Positions 1 to 8,071 of a stretch of DNA of 64,000 nucleotides are shown here, piece after piece. Each line of letters opens with the position of its first letter. Within the stretch, counting starts at the first letter, position 1. The notes below the pieces were generated by a model. That model searched no databases. It was not told the DNA's origin and saw nothing but the letters and a program-made list of their open reading frames with translations. The position numbers and the translations under genes are program-made. The stretch is from an uncultured bacterium (lineage in GTDB: Bacteria; Krumholzibacteriota; Krumholzibacteriia; Krumholzibacteriales; Krumholzibacteriaceae), in the NCBI GenBank assembly GCA_965371515.1, contig CBDUYR010000007.1, positions 11,202 to 75,201 of the forward strand. Reading direction: 5' to 3'.

Positions 1-1206
1 GTACTCGAATTCGTCTGCGTGCAGCGGGGATCCCGTCGAGAGAATCGCCTTGAGACGAGACAGGTCGAAAATCTCATTTGGTTTTAATCCGACCTGCTTC
101 AGTGCCGTGATGTACCTCGCGCTCGTTCCGAATATGGTCATGCCTATATCCTCGGCGAATCTGAACAGCGCCTCCGGCTTCGGAAAGAAGGGTGAGCCGT
201 CGAAGAGAACCACCGTCGCGCCGAGGGCGAGGGAGCTCGTAAGCCAGTTCCACATCATCCATCCGCACGTGGTGAAGTAGAAGATCCGGTCCTCGCGCTT
301 GACGTCGGTGTGCAGCGAGAGCTCCTTCATATGATGGATGAGGATCCCGCCAGCGCTTTGAATCATGCACTTCGGCAGGCCGGTTGTCCCGGACGAGTAC
401 ATTATATATAGGGGATGCTCGAACGGCAGCTGCTCGAACTCGATCTCGAGTTTCTCTTCCTTCGACACAAAATCATCGTACAATAGGGCGTTCGGCAACG
501 GCGAGATGTCGGGAGATTCCTCTGTATAGGGAACAACTATCACCTTTTCAACGGATGGAAGGTCCTTGAGGATCTCCGAGATCCTGTCGATCGAATTGAA
601 CGGCTTGCCGTTGTACCAGTATCCGTTCGCTGTGAATATCAGCCGCGGCTCGATCTGACCGAACCTGTCGAGCACACCCTTGATCCCGAAATCGGGCGAG
701 CAGGAAGACCAGAGGGCGCCGATGCTCGCGGAGGCAAGCATAGCGATGATCGCCTCGGGCATGTTCGGCATGAAGCCCGCGATGCGGTCCCCCCGGGTGA
801 TGCCCATCTCTCTCATTGATCGCGCAAGGGCTGCGACTCTGCCGTACAGCTGGCCGTAGGTGAGAGTGCAGCCGCCGTTCTTCTCACTGCTGAATATGAT
901 CGCCGTGTGTTCGTCCCTGTATCGGAGCAGGTTCTCGGCGAAGTTGAGTTTCGCTCCGGGAAACCATTTCGCACCGGGCATCCTGTCGCCGTCCTCGAGA
1001 ACGGAGTCGTATTTCCGAGAATGGATGATATCCATGAAGTCCCAGATCGTCTCCCAGAGCTCGGGGATGTTATCGACGGACCACTGCCAGAGCTCGTCGT
1101 AATTGCTGAAAGCTGTTCCGTGCCGCTCGTTGATCTCCATCATGAAGCGGTACATGTTTGTTTTCCTGATTCTTTCCTCGGAAGGTGTCCAGAGAAGTCC
1201 GCTCAT
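1..1206 (-). CDS. Acetoacetyl-CoA synthetase (acetoacetate-CoA ligase), 5' part; runs off the window start
   Basis: Absent from the ORF track because there is no stop in the window. Manual translation from ATG 1206 gives MSGLLWTPSEERIRKTNMYRF...AKWFPGAKLNFAENLL...WSSCSPDFG...HPLYIMYSSGTTGLPKC...FTTCGWMMWNW. These are the AMP-binding P-loop and acetoacetyl-CoA synthetase signatures. Confidence 0.9.
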   Translation of the reverse strand, partial: MSGLLWTPSEERIRKTNMYRFMMEINERHGTAFSNYDELWQWSVDNIPELWETIWDFMDIIHSRKYDSVLEDGDRMPGAKWFPGAKLNFAENLLRYRDEHTAIIFSSEKNGGCTLTYGQLYGRVAALARSMREMGITRGDRIAGFMPNMPEAIIAMLASASIGALWSSCSPDFGIKGVLDRFGQIEPRLIFTANGYWYNGKPFNSIDRISEILKDLPSVEKVIVVPYTEESPDISPLPNALLYDDFVSKEEKLEIEFEQLPFEHPLYIMYSSGTTGLPKCMIQSAGGILIHHMKELSLHTDVKREDRIFYFTTCGWMMWNWLTSSLALGATVVLFDGSPFFPKPEALFRFAEDIGMTIFGTSARYITALKQVGLKPNEIFDLSRLKAILSTGSPLHADEFEY

Positions 1207-1394
1207 CCGCCAGTCCTTTCGGCATATGTTTTACTTAACGATTCCTGATTATGACGACTATGGGTATTTATCGTCAATTTATTTAAGGGAGCCCGTTTTG
1301 GGATGAAGGAATCAGCCATCTATGATATGTTTCCCGGAACAGCCTGCTACCACCCTGAAGGAAGGAACGCGCAAGATCCCAACGCATATCCGGA

Positions 1395-4079
1395 ATGGAG
1401 ATAAAATTGAGAAAAAGTACTTTCACCACATGCATGATATCATTCGTAATCCTGCTTCTCTGCATCATATCGACGGGATCGTCGTCGGAGCCGGTATCGC
1501 CGGAAAAACAATTCGGATTCAGGCCGGGCGCAGACGGCAGACTGATCGATTACCCGCAGCTGATAAAATACCTGATGATACTAGATGACGCATCGCCTCG
1601 ACTTTTGTTGAAGGAGGCCGGCGAATCGCCGCTCGGCAGGAAGATGTACATCCTATTTATCTCGTCTGAGGAGAACATCGCCGGTCTCGAAGGCCTGCGC
1701 GATATAAACGAGAGGCTGGCTCTCGATCCGGAGATCCCTGATAGCGAGAGAAAAGCCCTCATCGAAAAGGCAAAGGTGTTCTTCCTCGCGACATTGTCCA
1801 TGCATTCCGGGGAGGTAGGCCCTTCTCAGGCCCTGCCGATAATCGCCTATGATCTGATAACGAGTGAGGACCCGGAAGTGCTCCAGTGGATGGAAGATGT
1901 AGTCTATATGGCCACGCCCTGCCACAATCCCGACGGCATGGATATGACGGTCGAGCATTACAGGAAATACCACGGGACGAAGTATGACGGCGCATCTATG
2001 CCCGGCCTCTATCACAAGTATGTCGGCCACGACAACAACAGGGACTTCGTGATACTGAGCCAGAAGGACACAAAGGTCATAGCCGCCATCTACAGCACGA
2101 TATGGTACCCGCAGGTGATGGTCGAGAAGCACCAGATGGGTTCGACGGGCGTTCGCTATTTCGTACCCCCGAATCACGATCCGATTGCCGAGAATATAGA
2201 CGCGGGGATATGGAACTGGATGGGCCTGTTCGGGATGAACATGATAAAGGACATGACGAAAGCAGGACAGGCCGGAGTGGCGCAGCACTACTTCTTCGAC
2301 GAGTACTGGCCAGGTTCGACAGGCACATGCAACTGGAAAAACGTGATCAGCTTCCTTACGGAGGCGGCAAGCGTGCGGTATGCGTCGCCGATATACATCG
2401 AGCCTAACGAACTCGGTGTCCACGGCAAGGGGCTTGCCGAGTACAAGAAGAGCGTGAACATGCCTTTACCCTGGCCCGGTGGCTGGTGGAGGCTTTCCGA
2501 TATCATCGAATACGAGATATCGTCGACGAAATCGATAATTAAGACCTCGTCGAAACACCGGAATGACATCCTGACATTCAGAAACGACTTGTGCAGGCGG
2601 GAGGTGGAGCGCGGCAGGAGCGAGCCGCCGTACTATTACGTGATGCCCCTCGATCAGAACGATCGTTCTGAACTTGCCGGGATCGTGGATCTCCTTCTCG
2701 AGCACGGTGTTCAGGTCTCGAAACTCACTTCAGGAATGAAGGTAGGAGAAAGGGACTTCGAGAAGGGCGATATCGTAGTATCTATGTCGCAGCCTTACCG
2801 CGCGTTCGCCAAGGAAGTGTTGGAGCGCCAGCAGTTTCCTCTGCGTCATTACACACCAGACGGAGAGGTGATCAGGCCGTATGATATCACCAGCTGGTCG
2901 CTCCCCCTTCACAGGGGAGTCGATTCGTACGAGATCAGGGAGAGATCGAAAGAGTTGGAAGCGGCGCTCGTAACGGTGGCAGGAGGGGAATTCTACAGGG
3001 TCTCTCTTCCCGGGGACTGCGGAGGAGCCGTCTTTGCGGCCGGCGATAACGAGAGCTTCAAGGCCGCCTTCATGGCCATGGAAAAGAAGCTCACCGTATA
3101 CAGGCTCAAGACAGAGACAAGAATCGAGGGAAAGAGTTTCGAGGCGGGGACATTCATCATCCCAGGCAGCGTGAAGAAGGACAAGGCACTTGCTGAGTTG
3201 TCTTCGTCGCTCACTGTTACTCCGTATTTCACGGACGGAGATCCACTGAAGAGTCTTTCGGAGGATAATGTCGTCAAGGTCGAGGCGCCGAGGATCGCAC
3301 TTGTCGAGACCTGGGTTCACGATATGGACGCCGGGTGGACGAGGTTCATCTTCGATTCGTATCACATACCGTTCGATATGCTCAGGCCGGGAGATTTCGA
3401 GAAGACTGACCTGGCGAAGAAGTACGACGTCATACTGTTCCCCAACAACAGCAAGGACCTGCTGATGAGCGGTAAACGGAAGCGAAGGGGAGAGTACTAC
3501 TCGAGCAGCTATCCTCCGGAGTATGTAAAAGGGATAGGGAAGAAGGGTATGGAGAAGCTGATGGATTTTATCGACACGGGCGGACTGATCGTTTCCTGGG
3601 GCGGATCGACGGAGCTTTTTTCAGGAACGCTGGAGATAAAGAAGGGCAAGGACGAGAAAGAAGAGTTCAACCTGCCGTTTACAGTACTAAACGAGAAACT
3701 CAAGAAAGATGGGTTCTACTGTCCGGGGGCGATGCTGCGAGTGAATCTGACTTTGGGGCATCCCCTCACCTGGGGGATGCGAGAGGAAACGGGCGTATTG
3801 TTAAGGAAGGGAATGGCATTCAGGACCTCGGTACCGCGATTCGATATGGACCGCAGGGTCATAGCCAGATTTCCAGAGAAGGATATCCTCCTCAGCGGAT
3901 ACGTGGAGAAGGAAAAGGCGATCGGCAACAAGAACGCGATGATATGGTTGCGGAAGGGGGACGGTCAGCTCGTGCTGTTCGGGTTTAACCCGCAATTCCG
4001 CGCGGCGACGGCCGGTACTTATAAGCTCCTCTTTAACGCGATACTGCTGGGTGACGCCGGTTCCATGCCGTCGCCGTAG
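1395..4079 (+). CDS. Secreted M14-family zinc carboxypeptidase-like protein
   Basis: Signal peptide; SMHSGE (HxxE), HDNNRD and EKHQMG motifs; long C-terminal extension. Confidence 0.85.
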   Translation: MEIKLRKSTFTTCMISFVILLLCIISTGSSSEPVSPEKQFGFRPGADGRLIDYPQLIKYLMILDDASPRLLLKEAGESPLGRKMYILFISSEENIAGLEGLRDINERLALDPEIPDSERKALIEKAKVFFLATLSMHSGEVGPSQALPIIAYDLITSEDPEVLQWMEDVVYMATPCHNPDGMDMTVEHYRKYHGTKYDGASMPGLYHKYVGHDNNRDFVILSQKDTKVIAAIYSTIWYPQVMVEKHQMGSTGVRYFVPPNHDPIAENIDAGIWNWMGLFGMNMIKDMTKAGQAGVAQHYFFDEYWPGSTGTCNWKNVISFLTEAASVRYASPIYIEPNELGVHGKGLAEYKKSVNMPLPWPGGWWRLSDIIEYEISSTKSIIKTSSKHRNDILTFRNDLCRREVERGRSEPPYYYVMPLDQNDRSELAGIVDLLLEHGVQVSKLTSGMKVGERDFEKGDIVVSMSQPYRAFAKEVLERQQFPLRHYTPDGEVIRPYDITSWSLPLHRGVDSYEIRERSKELEAALVTVAGGEFYRVSLPGDCGGAVFAAGDNESFKAAFMAMEKKLTVYRLKTETRIEGKSFEAGTFIIPGSVKKDKALAELSSSLTVTPYFTDGDPLKSLSEDNVVKVEAPRIALVETWVHDMDAGWTRFIFDSYHIPFDMLRPGDFEKTDLAKKYDVILFPNNSKDLLMSGKRKRRGEYYSSSYPPEYVKGIGKKGMEKLMDFIDTGGLIVSWGGSTELFSGTLEIKKGKDEKEEFNLPFTVLNEKLKKDGFYCPGAMLRVNLTLGHPLTWGMREETGVLLRKGMAFRTSVPRFDMDRRVIARFPEKDILLSGYVEKEKAIGNKNAMIWLRKGDGQLVLFGFNPQFRAATAGTYKLLFNAILLGDAGSMPSP

Positions 4080-4104
4080 TTTCCTGGCATCCGCGGTGGT
4101 TATG

Positions 4105-6480
4105 TCACCGTATTTCTTCAAATTCTGTCTTGAACTCGATCAGTGGTAAAAAGTCCTCGTCTGCTTTGGCGAGGACTTCAAGTGTCCTGTCGTAATTCTC
4201 CTTCGCTGAAATCATATCTCCACTCAGAGAATACGCTTTGCATAAGATCATCAGTAATTGTGGATCGTTCGGATTATATTTTGCGAGGTCTTGACATTCA
4301 GCAATAGCCTCATCCGCTTTGCCGACCTGGAGGAGAGCGCGAGCGTATTCTCTGCCGAAGAAGAAGAACTCGCGCGGAGAATTATTTCCTGCCTCTTTGA
4401 GAGCGTTAAGCGCACTCATGTTCCTGCCCTCGGAAAGAAGAATGAGGCCTCGGAGGTGTTCACGTCTTGAAGATTCCGTATAAATCTTTAGCTTCTCCAT
4501 GAGTGCGGTGAGTTTAATTAACTCATCTCGTGCTCTATCAACGTCATTTTCCATGGTGATGAGTTTGACTCCTCGGAGCCAGCATGCCCGGATCGATTCG
4601 GGATTCAGTTCTTCTATCCTCGACATTTCCCTGTCGAATGATTCTTTATCCTTCTGTATGAAGTATATGCGGGCCAGGTGAAGACGACCGTTGACCTGGC
4701 CCATCAAAGTAGTTTTACCGAGGTAGAGGTGAAAATGCTCGTGTGCTTCGCGCAGTCGCCCCATTTCGATGCATGTATTTCCGAGTCCCTCGTACGCAGT
4801 GAAAGGGGGATCGTCCATGGACAGGAGGGAGTAATACTGCAGGTAGGCTTCCTCGTAGTTACCAATAAAGAGATTGGCTCCCGCAATGCTTGTCACTGGA
4901 TCGGGAGAATCAGGGAATAGTTCCTGGTATTTCCTGAAGGATTTCATGGCCTTATCGAAATCTCCGGAATAGAGGAGCGCTGTTCCAGTATAGTTGTGAG
5001 CCGTTCCGTGTTTTCCGAAGAGATTCTGAGGATCGGCTTCGAAATATAGTTCAAATTGTTCGAGGGCACCCTCGTAGTCCCCGATATATTTCGAGAGGAT
5101 ATAACCAATATGGATCAAAGTTGATGCCTCCGCAGGATTGTCCTCGTAGCATTCTCTGTAACGAACTACCGCTTTCTGCCAGTTGTGCTCGACTATCGCT
5201 TCGACTGCAGCGCACAGGATAAGAGCTCCCATGTCGTCTTTGCTTTTGGCGACCTTTCTGGCTCTGTCTATAAGCTCAATGGCTTTTTTCGAATCACTGC
5301 CCCAGCTGTAGTAGGCTGCCAGGGTTATCAGTGATTCGAAGTGCTCGGGATCTTCCTTGAGAGCCTGATCGATGAAAGGTATACCTTCGGGCTGATTCCC
5401 CGTGTTGTAAAGAGTCCGACCGTGTTCATACAGGATATCCGCCTTACTCTGCGATTCCGGGCTGGGAGAGTCATCAACCGCGGCGAGTTCACTGCCGACA
5501 GAGTCAATGCTGTCCCTGTCCCCTCCGGCGATTATGTGCCTGATTATGAAAAACAGCATCACGACCGATACGGAGAGGGCCAGGGCAGAGGTCAGTTTCC
5601 AGCCGAAGATGTGTTGCTTGCCCGGAAAGAATCCTTTCCAGGTCATGGCCGTCTCGGGCTCTCCGAAGAGGATGTTGCGGACCAGTATAAGGGCGTTGCG
5701 CATCTCTTCCATCGTGCCGTATCTGTAGTCGGGTGATTTTTCAAGAGCCCTATCAACGATGGCGTTGATTTCCAGCGGTATTTCCGGGACGAATCCCATC
5801 GCCGGTTCGTGCTTCTCGTTGACTATACTGTAGAGAACGGAAGCGTCATAGTCTCCCTCGAAAGGCCTCCGACCGGTCAGCATCTGGTACATCAGGATGC
5901 CGAGCGACCAGATGTCTGAACGATGGTCCACGTGGCCGCCACGGACCTGCTCGGGAGACATGTAGCCGAGTGTTCCTGCTCCGGCCATTGTCATGCTTAT
6001 CGTCTCAGTGCCCGATTGCTTGGCAAGACCGAAATCCATTATCTTGACCTTGCCCTTGTCGGAGACGATTACGTTTGCCGGTTTTATGTCCCTGTGGATG
6101 ATCCCCTGTTCGTGTGCGGCAAGGAGTCCGTCCGCAATCTGTATGAGGATATTCAGAGTCTTCTCGAGTTCCGGTCTCTCGTCCCTGATGAGGTCTCCGA
6201 GTGTGCTTCCCTCGCAGTAGGCCATCACGATGAAGAGTTTGTCGTCGAGTTCCTCGACCTCGTGTATCGCACAGATGTTCTGGTGGTCGAGCGAGGCTGC
6301 CGCCCTCGCTTCCTTCATGATCCGTTCCCTGGTCGAACCGTGAAGCACCGAGGTGGAGGAGAGGAACTTCAGCGCGACGATCCTGCGGAGCTTGATATCC
6401 TCCGCCCGGTAGACGACGCCCATTCCACCCTCGCCGATCTTCTCGAGGATCTTGTAGTGATAGACGGTTTCGCCAATCAT
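4105..6480 (-). CDS. Membrane Hanks-type Ser/Thr protein kinase with C-terminal TPR repeats
   Basis: GEGGMG, VALK, HRDIKPAN, DFG and YMSPEQ motifs; one TM helix (LALSVSVVMLFFII); helical TPR-like repeats follow. Confidence 0.92.
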   Translation of the reverse strand: MIGETVYHYKILEKIGEGGMGVVYRAEDIKLRRIVALKFLSSTSVLHGSTRERIMKEARAAASLDHQNICAIHEVEELDDKLFIVMAYCEGSTLGDLIRDERPELEKTLNILIQIADGLLAAHEQGIIHRDIKPANVIVSDKGKVKIMDFGLAKQSGTETISMTMAGAGTLGYMSPEQVRGGHVDHRSDIWSLGILMYQMLTGRRPFEGDYDASVLYSIVNEKHEPAMGFVPEIPLEINAIVDRALEKSPDYRYGTMEEMRNALILVRNILFGEPETAMTWKGFFPGKQHIFGWKLTSALALSVSVVMLFFIIRHIIAGGDRDSIDSVGSELAAVDDSPSPESQSKADILYEHGRTLYNTGNQPEGIPFIDQALKEDPEHFESLITLAAYYSWGSDSKKAIELIDRARKVAKSKDDMGALILCAAVEAIVEHNWQKAVVRYRECYEDNPAEASTLIHIGYILSKYIGDYEGALEQFELYFEADPQNLFGKHGTAHNYTGTALLYSGDFDKAMKSFRKYQELFPDSPDPVTSIAGANLFIGNYEEAYLQYYSLLSMDDPPFTAYEGLGNTCIEMGRLREAHEHFHLYLGKTTLMGQVNGRLHLARIYFIQKDKESFDREMSRIEELNPESIRACWLRGVKLITMENDVDRARDELIKLTALMEKLKIYTESSRREHLRGLILLSEGRNMSALNALKEAGNNSPREFFFFGREYARALLQVGKADEAIAECQDLAKYNPNDPQLLMILCKAYSLSGDMISAKENYDRTLEVLAKADEDFLPLIEFKTEFEEIR

Positions 6481-6587
6481 CGTTTTACGAGTCAGGTTTG
6501 AGGTTCGATTGTCTGGAGTCGTTCTATTCTGCTTGCCGCTGTCAGTATGATACAGAAAAACTTACTGGAATTCAAGGAAATGCAGAC

Positions 6588-7889
6588 TCATGTCCCTGTC
6601 CGCTTGATGACGACAATCGTCATATCGTCTCTCTGCGGAGCCTTGCCGGCGTGTCTGCATGCGTCATCAATGATCGTGTCGATTATGCTCATGGCAGTGG
6701 CGTCGCGGTTTGCCGTAACGATACCGGGCAGGAGATCCTCGCCGAATTCCTCTTCATCGAGATTGATCGCCTCGCTTATCCCGTCCGAGAATATGAGGAG
6801 GGTATCACCGGCATCCAGCTTTACAGAGTCTTCCGTATATGTGACATCCTCGATAGCTCCGAGAACGAGATTACCCGTTTCGAGCCTCTCGAAAGCCCCG
6901 GATCCCCTGACGAGGAAGGGAAGGTTGTGCCCGGCGTTGCTGTATGTCACCTCGGAGCTGCCGGGATCGAGTATTCCGAGAAAGAGGGTAGAGAACCGCT
7001 CGGGATCGGTATTCCTGAACATGTGTTCGTTGGAGTGGTTCAGAATCGATTCGGGTGTGGTCAGGTCGAGGTTCTGGCCGCGGAGCGTTGCGAGCATGTT
7101 CGACATAAGCAGGGCCGCAGGCATTCCCTTGCCCGAGATGTCGCCGAGGCAGAAGAAAAGCCTGCCATCGCAAAGGCGAATGAGGTCGAAGTAATCACCA
7201 CCGACCGATTTGGCAGGAATGCTTTTCCCCGCGATGTCGTAACCCTCTATTAACGGGGCGTCCTTTGGAAGCAGGCCCATCTGGATGTTGTAGGCTATTT
7301 TCATCTCTTCCTGCATCCTCATCAGCGACTGTTCTTCCTCGTAGAGCCTTGCGTTCTCTATGACAATGGCGGACTGCGTGGAGATAATGCAGAGGAGTCG
7401 CTTATCAGCCTCGGAGAATTTGTTGCCTCCGTGTTTGTTGAACACGTTCAGGGCTCCGATTATTCTCCCCTTGAGAATGAGGGGAACGCTGAGCAGGGTG
7501 TCGATCGGATTCTCTTCTGATTCGAGGGTTCTGAACCGATCGTCGTTGTCGAGATCGTCGACTATGAGGGGCTTCTTGTTCTTAAGCATCCAGCCGGTGA
7601 TCTGCGTGTCGAGGTGGAAAGGCATGTAGCCGCTGCTCTGGTCTGCCTGCCGCATGATCGTCCTGAACTGGTTGTCCTGTCCTCCGTTCTCGAGCAGTGT
7701 GACCGTTCCCTGCACCACTTTCATGTGCTTGATGCATTTCTGTACGATCAGCTCGATAATCTTTTCAAGGGAGAGCGTGGAATTGATCGCCGTTGAGATG
7801 TCGTTGATTATTGACAGTTCCTCAACCGCGTTCTTCAGGCGCTCGTTCTCTGTCTCGAGCTTGTTAAACCTGCTGTTTTCATCCGCCAT
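6588..7889 (-). CDS. GAF-domain PP2C/SpoIIE (RsbU-like) protein phosphatase
   Basis: N-terminal coiled coil and GAF (LLSVPL...GALNV); VGGDYFD, GDISGKG, NAGH, FSDGISEA and DDMT motifs. Confidence 0.92.
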   Translation of the reverse strand: MADENSRFNKLETENERLKNAVEELSIINDISTAINSTLSLEKIIELIVQKCIKHMKVVQGTVTLLENGGQDNQFRTIMRQADQSSGYMPFHLDTQITGWMLKNKKPLIVDDLDNDDRFRTLESEENPIDTLLSVPLILKGRIIGALNVFNKHGGNKFSEADKRLLCIISTQSAIVIENARLYEEEQSLMRMQEEMKIAYNIQMGLLPKDAPLIEGYDIAGKSIPAKSVGGDYFDLIRLCDGRLFFCLGDISGKGMPAALLMSNMLATLRGQNLDLTTPESILNHSNEHMFRNTDPERFSTLFLGILDPGSSEVTYSNAGHNLPFLVRGSGAFERLETGNLVLGAIEDVTYTEDSVKLDAGDTLLIFSDGISEAINLDEEEFGEDLLPGIVTANRDATAMSIIDTIIDDACRHAGKAPQRDDMTIVVIKRTGT

Positions 7890-8071
7890 GATCGTCCCCC
7901 GGTTCCGAAATATTCCGGATGTAAATGTTTCACGACACTACCTGATTGTCACAATAATGGAGCAAAGCCGTTACTTATGTAATTTTTATATTGATTAGCC
8001 GATTCGGGTCAATCAAAATCGAATGCGGGACCAACTTAACCAATCTGAAGAGAAATCGCCGGGAGACGAAT

